A stretch of 64,000 bases of DNA from the human T2T-CHM13v2.0 reference genome, Homo sapiens: the NCBI RefSeq assembly GCF_009914755.1, contig NC_060934.1; one strand, written 5' to 3'. A program made the translations under genes and the position numbers. The notes under the pieces were generated by a model. That model was not told where the DNA came from. It saw only the letters and a program-made list of their open reading frames with translations, and made no database searches. This document shows, in pieces, positions 46,193-64,000 of the stretch. The first letter of the stretch is position 1, and each line of letters starts with the position of its first letter.

Positions 46193-46650
46193 ATAGCAAA
46201 GACTTGGAACCAACCCAAATGTCCAACAATGATAGACTGGATTAAGAAAATGTGGCACATATACACCATGGAATACTATTCAGCCATAAAAAATGATGAG
46301 TTCATGTCCTTTGTAGGGACATGGATGAAATTGGAAATCATCATTCTCAGTAAACTATCGCAAGAACAAAAAACCAAACACCGCATATTCTCACTCATAG
46401 GTGGGAATTGAACGATGAGATCACATGGACACAGGAAGGGGAATATCACACTCTGGGGACTGTGGTGGGGTGGGGGGAAGGGGGAGGGATAGCATTGGGA
46501 GATATACCTAATGCTAGATGACGAGTTAGTGGGTGCAGCGCACCAGCATGGCACATGTATACATATGTAACTAACCTGCACAATGTGCACATGTACCCTA
46601 AAACTTAAAGTATAATAATAAAAAAATAAAAATAAAAAAATTTTAAAAAA
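46193..46650 (+). mobile_element. 5'-truncated L1PA2
   Basis: ORF2p C-terminus (WIKKMWHIYTMEYY...FSLIGGN*), 3'UTR with GAG diagnostic 'gatgacgagttagtggg' (not Ta ACA or pre-Ta ACG), poly(A). Confidence 0.95.
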
Positions 46651-47824
46651 AAGAGCAGAAGTTCTTAGTTTTGATGAAGTTCAATGCTTCTGTTTTTTTC
46701 TTTATGGATTGTACTTTTCTTGTCATATACAAGACATCTTGACTTATCCTAACGTCACAATGATTTTCTTATTTTCTTTTAGAAATTTTATAGTTTGGGG
46801 CACTACATTTAGATTGATGATTGATTTTTAATTAACTTTTGTGTCTGGCATGAGATGTGCATTAAAATTTATATTTTAAGAAGGATATTTAATTCTTCCG
46901 CTACCATATGTTGAAAAGACAACCCTTTCACCCTTCGGTTGCCTTCATACCTATATCGAAGATTATTTGACCATATATGCATGGATCTATCATGGGGCTC
47001 TCTATTCTGTTCCATTTATTTACTTCTCTACTTTTAGACCAAACCACACTGAGTTGATTACTGTAGCTTAATAAAATCTTGAAATTGAGTGATTTAAGTC
47101 TTCCAACTTTGTTTTTTTGGTTTGGTTTTCTTGAAAGGCTGTTTTGGCTATTCAGATATCTTGGCATTTCCATATGAATTTTAGAATTAGCTTCTTAATT
47201 CTGAGAAAAAAACAAATAAACAAAAAACCCTATGAGAATGTTGAATGGCATTTCATTGTAATCATTTTTTGGAGAACTACATCTAAGCAACATTGAGTAT
47301 TATGATCCATGAATACATTATCGCACTCATTTTCTTTAAGTCTCCTTTAATTTTTCTTGGAAATATTCCCTAATTTTCAGTATACAAGTCTTGCAAATTG
47401 TATCAGATTTAACTTTATATATTATTTCTTTATTTGTTTACATTATTTTTATTTAATTGTGGCCCTACTGTAAATGGTAATATTTTCCACATTTTATTTC
47501 CAATTGTTGATTGTCAGTATACACACATATAGTTGATTTTCATATTTTTATCTTACGTCTTCCCAGCTTGCAAAACTCACTGAATATTTTGTATAGCTTT
47601 TTTTTGTAGATTCTTAAGAGTTTTCTAAGCATGATAATGTTGTATGACAATAAATTTGGTTTTTACTTCTTTGAATCTCAGTGACTTTATTGCTTTTTCT
47701 TGGGTTATGGCTTCGTTTAGGAGATTCTTTGCCATGTTGAATAGAAGTGGTAGGGGTGGATACTCTTACCTGGTACTTAACTATAGGGGAAGACTTCATT
47801 CATTCCCATTGGGACGTTAGCTAT

Positions 47825-48185
47825 TGTATTAGTCCATTTTCATGCTGCTGCTAAAGACATACCTGAGATTGAGCAATTTATAAAAGAAAGAGGTTTAATT
47901 GAAGTACAGTTCACGTGGCTGGGGAAGTCACACAATCATGGTGGAAGGTAAGGAGGAGCAAGTCGCATCTTATGTGGATGGTGACAGGCAAAGAATGAAA
48001 GAGCTGGTGCAGGGGACTGTCTCTTTTTAAAACCATCAGATCTCATGAGACTTATTCACTATCACAAGAACAGCAGGGGAAAGACTTGCCCCTGTGATTC
48101 AATTATCTCCCACCAGATCCCTCCTGCAACACATGGGAGGGAATTCAAGATGAGATTTGGGTGGGGACACAGCCAAACCATATCA
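47825..48185 (-). mobile_element. THE1 (THE1B/C-like) MaLR solo LTR
   Basis: Reverse of tgatatggtttggctgtgtccccaccc...ggactaataca; perfect 5-bp TSD gctat (47820, 48186). Confidence 0.96.
48095..48105 (-). promoter_or_regulatory. DUX4 consensus site (TAATTGAATCA) in THE1 LTR
   Basis: Reverse complement of tgattcaatta fits TAAYBBAATCA; occupancy not shown. Confidence 0.45.
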
Positions 48186-48374
48186 GCTATAAATTTTGTC
48201 ATAATGTACTTTTCCCAGGTCAGAAACATTTCCTTTACTCCAGTTTGTTCAAACTTTTTATCTTGAAATAAGATTAAATATTGGTCACATTTTTTCTTCA
48301 TCTATGAGATGATTAAATTATTTTTCTTCTTTAGTCTATTGATATTACAGATTATTTTATTGAATGCTTTTCTT

Positions 48375-52869
<4,495 letters not shown>

Positions 52870-53944
52870 ATTGATTGATCTTCAGGTTTTTAACCAACCT
52901 TTATTGCTGGAAAAACCCTGTTTTGTCATAAAGTAATATATTTAGATGCTTTTGATTTCCACTTGTTAGCATTTCATTGAGAAATTTTACGTTTATTCAG
53001 GAGGTGTATGATCTGTTGTTTTATTTTTTCTCAGTGTTTTTGTCTAGTTTTGATATTGTGTTAATTGTGGTCACATAACATTAGTAGGGAGTATTTATTT
53101 TATTTCAATATTCTGTACTCTATTGTGTAGAATTGGTGTTGTTTCTCCCTTAAATATTTGGTAGAATTTGTCAGGGAAGTTATTCTTCTAAAGTTTTCAT
53201 AGTGGGAGAATTTTCACTTACAAATTCTATTTCTTTCTGGGTTATCTAGTTCTCTAGAGGTATTTAATTTTTTTCTCATTTTAATATTTTTTGACTCATT
53301 GCAAGAAATTCCATTATGGTGTGTCTTGCGTGATTTTCTTCATATTACTTATACTTGAGGTTAATTGACCTGCTTGGGTATATGGGTTCATAGTTTTCAT
53401 CAAATTTGAAAAAATTTAGCTCATTATTACTTGAAAGATTATTTGTCTCTCTCTTTTTTGCTCTTCAGTTGGTCAAATATTATGTCACTTGAAAATTTTG
53501 TCCCACAGTACATTAAAGAGTTGTTTATTTTAAAATTTTTTCTCTGTTTTGTTTTTAGGTGGTTTCATTTGCTATGTCTTCGGATAGCAAGGGATTTTGA
53601 TAGATGGCATTACTATTCACTAACATGAATAAAATAGGGAACTCAGTATGTAAGGTTCTCAACTGTTTCAATCTCTTCAAGAGTGAATGACTGACTATAC
53701 ATTTACTTCTGCTAGGCCCAATTCCATTAGTTCATTTAAATTTAATGATCAGAAAAGAGGTTATCACATGAAGGGCCTATTCATTCAACAATTATTTATT
53801 GAATGCTATTGTATTTGATGCATTACACAGGTGATTCATGATACACAAAAACGTGTAATGCATTGTCCTTGTTCTCTAGAAACATATATTTAAGAAGAGA
53901 TTAAAACAAGATTGCTAAAAATGTTTCAAAATTGTCTAACACTT

Positions 53945-54472
53945 TGGTGTTAGTTGTCAATTGTGAATTTAAGGAATTTTACTCCTATGATTAGGTTATA
54001 TTACGTAGCAGAGCTGACATTGACATGGGGAGATTACCCAAGTGAGGCTGACTTAAATCACAGGAACCTTTTAAAAGCAGATTGTTTCCTCCAGCTGGTA
54101 AAAGACGATGAATCAGAGTGATTAGAAGAGTGAGATGGATCCACATGGGAGTTCTCTTACCTGATATCAAGGGGGCTATGGTAACAAGGACCTGGGTACA
54201 TCCTTGAAGATCTGAGAGCGTTCCTGATTAATAGCCAGCAACAAAGTAGAAACTTTAGCCCTAAAAATGCAAGGGAGTAAATTTTACCAATAACATAAAT
54301 GAGCTTGAAAATGGATCCTAAGCTCCAGATGACACCTTGATTACAGTCTGAGCAGAGAAGCCAACAACACTGTTGTGGAATTCTGACCTATAGAACTGTG
54401 ATTTATAAGTGGGTGTTGTTTTGAGCTACTAAATTTATGGCACTTTTTAATGTTGTTATGGAAAACTATGCA
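53945..54472 (+). mobile_element. MLT1E-like MaLR LTR
   Basis: 'actcctatgattaggttatatta...agccagcaacaaa...ttctgacctatagaactgtga...ctactaaatttatgg'. Confidence 0.8.
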
Positions 54473-54623
54473 AGCAGTATATAATAAATGTCATATGAAA
54501 CTAGGACTACAATTGCACAGGGAAAAAAGATGACATGTCTGGCACTAATTGGGGACGGCTTTAGAGTTTATATGAAAGTTAGTAGATATTTAAAATTTGC
54601 AGTGGATTATAAAACATAAATCA

Positions 54624-54915
<292 letters not shown>

Positions 54916-55044
54916 AAAACATAAATAGTAAAATTTTGGCAATTGGGTTAGCATAGTAACAGAACCAGAAAAATTAAAAAAAAACATTTTTGTTAGCTAG
55001 ACCAAATTGTTCACAAAACTTACCAGTGAGTAAGACTTAGGATT

Positions 55045-55220
55045 AAGTTTCTTAAAGTATATCCTAGGGCGAGTTGTGCTAGAGTTGCTTAAAATATTTG
55101 CTAAAGTGTAGATTCTGGTGACTCTCACCAGACCAATTTAATGAGAATTTCTGATTCTGGATTTTTAAAAATATCTGTGTGTAATTCGTATGCTTACTAA
55201 AATTTATTTAAGATTAGCAA
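55045..55220. mobile_element. MER5-like hAT fragment
   Basis: 'aaagtgtagattctgg...accagaccaatttaatgagaatttctg...taattcgtatgc'. Confidence 0.45.
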
Positions 55221-55299
55221 CCTGAAGTATCAGGATGTGAAGTTTGGAAATATTTTTCTTTTTAAGTGTATTCTTTTCTGTTTAAGATTTGTTTTCTTT

Positions 55300-55880
<581 letters not shown>

Positions 55881-56036
55881 GTGTAAGAGTTGATGTGATC
55901 AAACAACATTTTAAAAGTTTATTCCAATGATTAGATTTCAGACAGTTGGAAGAAGACAATGAACTAGTGAAAAATATAGGCTTCTGTAATAATAAAGTGA
56001 ATGAAGTTTAGAACAGTGTAAACAAGATAATGTCCT

Positions 56037-56343
56037 AGTCTGGGTGCAATGGCTCATGCCTGTAATCCCAACACTTTGGGAGGCTGAGGTAGAAAGATCA
56101 CCTGAAGCCAGGAGTTTGATACCAACCAGGGCTACAAAATAAGACCCTGTCTCTACAAAAAATAATTTAAAACTTAGCTGAGTGTTGTGGCACGCACATC
56201 TAGTCATGGTGGCTCAGGAGGCTGAGGCAGGAGGATCACTTGAGTCCAGGAGTTCAAGGCTGTAGTGAGTTGTGATTGCACCACCGCACTCCAGCCTCGA
56301 TGACAGAGTGAGACCCTGTCTGTTAAAAAATAATAATAATAAT
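56037..56343 (+). mobile_element. AluJ with (TAA)n tail
   Basis: Dimeric Alu; TSD-like agataatg. Confidence 0.95.
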
Positions 56344-57692
56344 AGATAATGGGATAGGAGTGTAAAGAAAGACAGGATGCTTCTTAGCAAAGTTACAAAA
56401 AATATTAATAGGTCTTTGTCGCAAATATATGTTTGCCTATGAGCTGAGAAGAGAAAATGAAAAAGTGAAAATAAGATTTCTCAAGGTACAACTTTGATGC
56501 AGTTCAGGTCAAACTTAGGTAAGATTTTGTTGTAGAGTTTGGGAAATAACCATTGTGGCAAGGCTGGAATGCAAATCGATTTTTTGCTGTTACAGAAACA
56601 GTAAATGAATTTATGGGATTTTATTTTAATTTAGTTAGCTTTTTATGAGGAGAATTGATCTTTGAGTTAATAATTCTGTTTCCATTGTATGCTTGTATTT
56701 ATTAACCCTGATAACCCTGAAATTATTATCCATCTAGTATTTTCTTGGTGTTACCTTCAGAGTTGGAATTCATATGATATATATTGATTAACTGACAAAT
56801 ACACTTAGTATGACTTAAATTATAGATGGCATCAGTGATCATTTTCACACTAATTATTTGAGAGAAATATCTCTTAGCTTAAGATCAACACTTAAGCAGT
56901 ATTGTCGTACATCGATAGAGTGCTAATGATAAAGTTTGTCTTCTATTTGCTTTTATTTAGTTACGTAACTGGAAAAATAGATGGGGGAATTGTGAGTAAA
57001 ATTAAAAGTATTCATCTGTCATACTAATAGGTTAAGGTATAAATTAACTAGAATTTCAGTGTAATGCATTTCTACTGTTTCATGTAAATTTTTAAATGTT
57101 ACTTCCTACAACTTTAAGGAGAAACTTTCTCTTACTGCATCACTGCCTCCTAATTAATATAGAAATATATTTTGTTATTTTGGACCCAACTGGTCAGCCA
57201 CCACTGTGCTTTGATCTAAATCCTGCACCCCAGGAACCTGATTGAAACAGAGTTTCTCTTGCTTCCAAGTGAGATGCATGTCCCAGATGTTTACAGCGTC
57301 TAAGAAGCCAAAAAAAAAAAAAAAAAAAAATCCAAAGAAAGAGAAAAAGAAGAATAAAGCTTTTATCTGACCAGGCTAGCAGAGAAAAAGCTTCAGAAGC
57401 AGGCAGGAAGTCATAATGGCCTGGTGCTGAAGATTCAATCGGAATATTTACAAGGCTAATCTTCAGAAGCTTAGGGAGTATGAAAAAAATCTCCTGTGCA
57501 CATGCAGACTATTTCAGAGAAAACATTTGCAGTTTCACTGAATCAGTCTCCTAATCAAATTACTGTATCACTGAAGTATATACACGTGTGATGTTTATTC
57601 AATCAGCTTTAATATTAATGGCCTCTATAAAGAGCTGCATGATATAGAAATTGGTAACAGAGTAAATCCATTGATAAATGTTGGTAAATCAT

Positions 57693-57980
57693 ACCAGGCA
57701 CAGTGGCTCACACTGTAATCCCAGCACTTTGGGAGGCTTAGGCAGAAGGATAATTAGAGCCTGGGAGTTCAAGACCAGCCTGGGCAACTTGGTGAGACCC
57801 TGTCTCTACAAAAAAAATTATCAGAGCTTGGCGTGCACACCGGTAGTCCCAGCTACTCAGGAGGCTGTGGCGGGAGGATCACTTGAGCCCTGGAGGTTAA
57901 GGCTTCAGTGAGCCATGTTTGCACAACTGCACTCCAGCCTGGGTGACAGACTGACATTCTGCCTCTAAAAAAGAAGAAAA
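57693..57980 (+). mobile_element. AluJ
   Basis: Dimeric Alu consensus. Confidence 0.93.
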
Positions 57981-58134
57981 CTTCACATTTACACACACAC
58001 AAAAATCAGGGCTTATTATATTCAGCACTGAAGATATTCTGTGAAACATTATTTTACAAGTTGATAGGATTACCTGATTAATTTCATGTAATTTTTTTAC
58101 TTTTATTTTTCAACTTTCTAGCAAAATCTGTCCT

Positions 58135-58313
58135 CTTTTTTATTTTATTTTATTCATTTTTTTAAAGAGATGGGGTCCTGCTTTGTCACGCAGGTTGAAG
58201 TGAGTGGCGAGATCATAGCTCAGTGCAGCCTTGGACTCTGGGCTCAAGCAATCCTCCTGCCTCAGCCTCTCAAAGTGAGAGGATTTACAACAGCCATGAG
58301 CCCCCACGCCCAG
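58135..58313 (-). mobile_element. AluJ-derived hybrid monomer
   Basis: Right-arm insertion plus left-arm 5' end. Confidence 0.85.
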
Positions 58314-58369
58314 CTCTCTCTTTTTAATCCTTTCCTTGTCCTTTTACCAAAACCACCTTAATGTTTTGT

Positions 58370-59070
58370 CAGTTTTTCTCCGGACTATTGCCTACTATTA
58401 TTCTTTACCTGGATTTCTTCAATACCTTCCAACATATCTTGCCTTGACTGCTTCCTCCTGACTATAAAGTATTCTCTTCAAAGGAAATATTAGAGCATGG
58501 CATTCTTTGCTTCTGACTTTTCAATAGATTCCCATATCCATTGAGATAAAAAATACAATACAGAATCATTGCATTTTCTTATAAGGAAACTGGTGAATCT
58601 CTTCTGAACACTGTTCTTGCATGTTATACCAAACCTTCATTGTCCATTCTCAGTCCAAGTCAGCATTGTTTGTTAGAATCCTTATACTTCACCCTGCCAG
58701 TGGTCTATCAATGTCCCATATGGCCTGGAATCCTGCAGTTTTCATTCTGACCTCATTCTTCTCTCATCCCCCCAAACACACACATACACACATACACCTA
58801 GTTCTATACTATTCATGCATATTTCATATACCAGGTCCAATGCTCCTATCACAATTAACCTTCACCAATTCTTCCAAACTAAGTCAGATCCCAATGTGCT
58901 GTGTTTATAGTATTCTGTCTTCTGAGTCTTATTACAGTTTTTACACTCTACATTTGTTATCTGATTAATTTTTGTCTGTTCTTCCAGGAAGAGTATATCC
59001 CATGTAGATGGAGAAGATACTTGCTTTTCCTAATACTTAATTAGCAGCTTGTAACACAAGGTCTAGCGTA
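58370..59070 (+). mobile_element. L2 fragments
   Basis: 'cctactattattctttacctggatttcttcaatacctt', 'ttcaatagattcccat' L2-like. Confidence 0.5.
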
Positions 59071-59544
59071 AGTAATAGTTCATAGATTAATATATAAGTA
59101 ATTAATTCTGGCAATGGATTACTTTTCAGTTATGTGAGTTAGATTTGTCTTAATAAAACAAATGAATTAATGAAAAGTATATACATATAAATAAATATAG
59201 GTAATATAATGTTGCCCTACTTTTTAGATTTTATTTTGTCTTTACTGATCTATGAAGCAATTCATTATTTCTGCATTTCTATATTCCAAAATGGAATGAA
59301 ATTGCTATACTTTCTTTACAAAGTTTCTTATTTGCATCATGATACACCAGGTTTATTCAACTTTCTATAAGAAATATGAAGGCATGAATTTTTCATTTTT
59401 TGATAGTCCTAATACACTTGGGAGTACATGTTCTGCAAAAGGATGAAAAAGAAAATGTAATTTGGAAAGAGAAAAAAAGGAAGAAAGTGATCAGAAATAA
59501 TGGTCTTTCTCTGTTGCATTTCCTGGGAATATAGGTTGTAATGG

Positions 59545-59680
59545 CATTTCGGGAAACTTAGTCTAAAGCAACTGCCTCATTTTACAGATGAAATTATGGA
59601 ATACAAATTTTAAGTGCCAAGTTTATCCAGTTAAATAGTGCAGAAAGTAACTTTAAGGTTTAATGCTTTTTTCACTCTAC
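59545..59680 (-). mobile_element. MIR fragment
   Basis: 'cctcattttacagatgaaatt'. Confidence 0.5.
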
Positions 59681-60379
59681 CAATTAAACAACCTGAAAAA
59701 ATTAGTAAAAGCACACAAATAGCAAAGACCTAATCCATGAATGAATTCCTCTATGGTAACGAAATTAATGAATTCCAGAGAAATTGTCCGTTTCATACCT
59801 CATCACTGAAAAGGCCTTGGTTTTATAATATAAGTAACAATACTATAACGAAGAGTTCATCAACCTGTAATTTCTTAGGTGCATTTCAATAAGTCATTAT
59901 ACATTCTTGGGGCTTCATCTTTCTTTTCAAACATTTAGAGTTAATTAATGTACATAAACTAACATTCTGTTCACTACTGAATTGATTTCAAAAAACCTGA
60001 GGCTTTTTCTCCACACTATAATGGAAACAAAATGAGGATAGTTGTTTTTAGCCATTAACATCTTTACCTGGTTACGCTAGTAATGGGTACCCAAAGTTAT
60101 GGCTACAATGGAGCATAGATTGAGCCTCAATTATTGAAAATCAATTTTTATGCTTGGAAAAACAATGATCAAAAGTAAACCCCTTCACATATGAGAAACC
60201 AGGTGATATGCTGTCATATTTTGAGTAAGAATACTTGGCAATACAGAAAAGGTAGCTAAGGAACCTGTCAACATAGATTTAGCACCTCCTCTCAACAGCT
60301 TAGTAGCCTGTAATTCAAAGAGTAAATAAACTGCTCTCTCATATATACACTTTTGTGAGCTCTTACGCTAAGGACTTTA

Positions 60380-60722
<343 letters not shown>

Positions 60723-60936
60723 TCATGCTTTTTGGGTTAATGTTTGTATAAATTGATTCTTTCAGAAAGAGAAAATTTCCTAAATGTTGATGGATTAATT
60801 TGCCATTATTGATATGTTTACAAGTAATAACTTTTATTGAATATTAACTATTAGGCACTGCAGAAAACATTAGTTCTTACCATAAGATTACATGGTAATA
60901 AACACTCTTATTTTTCTACTGTATAATGAGGAGACT

Positions 60937-61090
60937 GTGTGATGGCAGAGGTCTCAGGTGGCCCCCAACTTATCCTGATAGTATAAAGACACTGAATATT
61001 GCTTGGGACAGAGAATATGATGGATTTTACTCCTGTGATTAGGTTATATTATATAATACACCAGACTTTAAGATAGAGAGATTATCTAAA
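60937..61090 (+). mobile_element. MLT1E-like LTR 5' fragment
   Basis: 'tgtgatggcagaggtctcaggtggccccc...gatggattttactcctgtgattaggttata'. Confidence 0.65.
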
Positions 61091-61457
61091 TCCTTCAACT
61101 ATTGCTGTTATGAAAAAGTTTCTATTCTCATCACCATTTCTTTTGAAATATTTAGATTATTTAACCTCTCTGCATTGCAAACCTACTGTGTTAGGTATTG
61201 CCACATATGCAGTAGGATAAATACAAAAGATTGCCAATCACAGAGCTATTATTATTAGTGTACTGTAACACTTAACACAACAAATAATTTTATGTGTTGA
61301 GCCTCTCCAAGAAGCCTGAATAATTTCACTAATATCTCAAATTTTCCTCTTTGAACTTTTGTTGAACTCCTTACTTTCCTAGAAATTTAACAATTGTAGT
61401 AGAGATATATTTAATGATTAAGTCATCCAGTGTGATTGCTACCTTATGCATTTTTCA

Positions 61458-64000
61458 CTTTTTATTTATTTATTTGCTTTAAATTTCCATAGGCTTTTGG
61501 GGAACAGGTGATGTTTGGTTACATGAATGGGTACACGGTACACTGCTGCGGTGATGGGTGCACCAAAATCTCAGAAATCACTACTAAAGTACTTATTAAT
61601 GTGTTGTCTTTTATCCTTCACCACACCCCACCATTTCCCCCAAGTCCCCAAAATCGAAAGTATTATTGTTATGCCTTTGCGTCCTCATAGCTTAGCTCCC
61701 ACATATGAGTAAGAACATACAATGTTTGGTTTTCCATTCCTGAACTACTTCACTGAGAATAATATTCTACAATTCCATCCAGGTTGCTGCGAATGCCATT
61801 ATTTTGTTCCTTTGTATGGTGTATTCCATGGTGTATGTATGTATGCGTATATGTATACGCATACATACATATATACATGTACGTGTATATGTACCAAATT
61901 TTCTTTGTCCATTTGCTGATTGATGAGCATTTGAGCTGGTTCCATATTTTTGTAGTTGCAAATTGTGCTGCTATAAACATGCATGTGCAAGTATATTTTT
62001 TTGTAGAATTACTTCTTTTCCTCTGGGTAGATACCTAGTAGTGGGATTGCTGCATAAAACAGCAGATCTACTCTTAGTTCTTTAAGGAATCTTTGCACTG
62101 TTTTCCATATGGCTGTACTAGTTTACATTTCCACCAACAGTGTAAAAGTGTTACCTTTTCACTGCATTCACGCCAACATCTATTATTTTCTGATTTTTTT
62201 TATTATGCCCATTCTTGCAGGAGTGAGATGGTATCGCATTGTGGTTTTGATTTGCATTTCCCTGATAATTAGTGAGGTTGAGCATTTTGCCATATGCTTG
62301 TTGCCCATTTGTATATCTTCTTTTGAGGATTGTCTATTCATGTCCTTAGCCCGCTTTTGGATGGAATTGTTTATTTTTTTCTTGCTGATTTGTTTGAGTT
62401 CTTTGCAGATTCCTCTGTCAGATGAAAAAACTGTGAAGATTTTCTCCCGCTCTATGGGTTGTCCATTAATTCTGCTGATTATTTCTTTTGCCATGCAGAA
62501 GCTTTTTAGTTTAATTAAGTCCCATCTATTTATCTTTGTTTCTGTTGTGTTTGCTTTTGGGCTCTTAGTCACGAAGTCTTTGCCTAAGCCAGTGTCTAGA
62601 ATGGTTTTCCAGTATTATCTCCTAGAATCTTTATAGTTTCAAGTCTTATATTTAAGTCTTTGATCCATCTTGAGTTGATTTTTTATGGGGTGAAAGAGGA
62701 GGATCCAGTTTCATTCTTCTACATGTGGCTAGCCAATTATCCCAGCACCGTTTGTTGAATAGAGTGTCCTTTCCCCACTTTATGTTTTTGTTTGCTTTGT
62801 CGAAGAGCAGTTGGCTGTAAGTATTTGGGTTTATTTCTGGGTCCTCTGTTCTGTTTCATTGGTCTATGTGCCTATTTTTATATCAGTACCATGCTGTTTT
62901 GGTAACTATGGCTTAGGGCATAGTTTGAAGTTGGGTAATGTGATACTTCCAGATTTGTCCTTTTTGCTTAGTCTTGCTTTGGCTATGTGGGCTCTTTTTT
63001 GGTTCCATATGAATTTTAGGATTATTTTTTCTAGTTCTGTGAAGAATGATGGTAGTATTTTGGTAGGAATTATATTGAATTTTTAGGTTGCTTTTGCAGT
63101 ATGGTCATTTTTGCAACATTGATTCTACCCATTCATGAGCATGGGATGTGTTTCCATTTGTTTGTGTCATCTATGATTTATTTCAGCAGTGTTTTGTAGT
63201 TTTCCTTGCAGAGGTCTTTCATGTCCTTGGTTAGGTATATTCCTAAGTATTTTATTTTATTTTATTTGCAGCTATTGTGAAAGGGGTTGAGTTTTTCTGA
63301 TTCTCAGCTTGGTCACTGTTGGTGTATAGCAGAGCTACTGATTTGGGTACCTTAATTTTGTATCCAGAAACTTTTCTGAATTCATTTACCAATTTTAGGA
63401 GCTTTTTAGATAAGTCTTTAGGGTTTTCTAGGTATACTGTCATACCATCAACAAATAGCAACAGGTTGACTTCCTCGTTACAGATTTGGATGCCCTTTAT
63501 TTCCTTGTCTTGTCTGATTGCTTTGGCTAGGAATTCCAGTACTGTCTTAAATAGAAGTAGTGAAAGTGGGCATTCTTGTCTTGTTCCTGTTCTCAGGGGG
63601 AATGCTTTCCACTTTTCCCCATTCAGTATTATGGGTTTGTCATAGATGGCTTTTATTACCTTAAGGTATATCTCTTTAATCTGATTTTGCTGAGGGTTTT
63701 AATCATAAAAGGATACTGGATTTTGTAAAATGCTTTTTCTGCATCTATTGAGATGATCATGTGATTTTTGTTTTTAATTGTTTATGGAGTATATCACATT
63801 TATTGACTTACATACGTTAAATGATCCCTGAATCCCTGGAATGAAACCTGCTTGATCGTGTGGAATTTTTTTTTTTTTTTTTGATGTGCTGTTGGATTTG
63901 GTCAGCTAGTATTTTCTTGAGGATTTTTACATCTATGTTCATCAGGGATATTGGTCTATAGTTTTCTTTTTTTGTTATGTTCTTTTCTGGTTTTGGTATT
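61458..64000 (-). mobile_element. L1PB (L1PB1-like) 3'UTR and ORF2, continuing beyond the window
   Basis: ORF2p remnants: [14 protein letters not shown]...[17 protein letters not shown]; RT motif decayed to [13 protein letters not shown]; L1PB 3' end 'ggcttttggggaacaggtg'. Confidence 0.93.

Noticed and set aside
46455-46490. G-quadruplex-like G-tract
   Set aside because: Standard feature of L1PA 3'UTRs; not locus-specific
56486-56600. 33-nt plus-strand exon-like unit with GTAAGA donor
   Set aside because: Weak polypyrimidine tract and no recognisable peptide
57550-57640. Possible promoter (TAATcaaATTA, CACGTG, tataaag)
   Set aside because: Imperfect TATA, no CpG island; such short motifs are expected by chance in AT-rich DNA
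62109-63645. Long ORFs (175 aa plus strand; 129 aa minus strand)
   Set aside because: Antisense and sense fragments of decayed L1PB ORF2; RT catalytic motif mutated

Overview
AT-rich, CpG-poor, repeat-dominated primate nuclear DNA. AluY and an L1PA2-type insertion point to a great-ape or human genome. It looks like a large intron or intergenic region. I recognise no intact protein-coding gene. The only protein-derived sequence of cellular origin is an old, disabled processed pseudogene of RPL17 (minus strand, ~6290-6928) inserted into an ancient L1 ORF1. Well over half of the window is interspersed repeat: about 20 Alus (J, S, Y, one nested), layered L1M/L1MA/L1PB/L1PA fragments, Tigger1 and Tigger3 DNA transposons, MaLR (MLT1, THE1), ERV1/ERVL solo LTRs, L2 and MIR. 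The supplied ORFs are repeat-derived or chance. The most interesting observations are: (i) a THE1 solo LTR with an intact DUX4 motif and strong splice donor, pointing at a series of well-formed non-coding minus-strand candidate exons, which suggests a possible LTR-driven spliced lncRNA (inference only); (ii) a ~70-bp micro-inversion inside an L1PB 3' UTR; (iii) several template-switch, palindrome and tandem-duplication scars. Subfamily calls come from remembered consensus sequences and boundaries of old repeats are approximate. I cannot assign the locus, and I see no evidence for a prokaryotic-type novel system.
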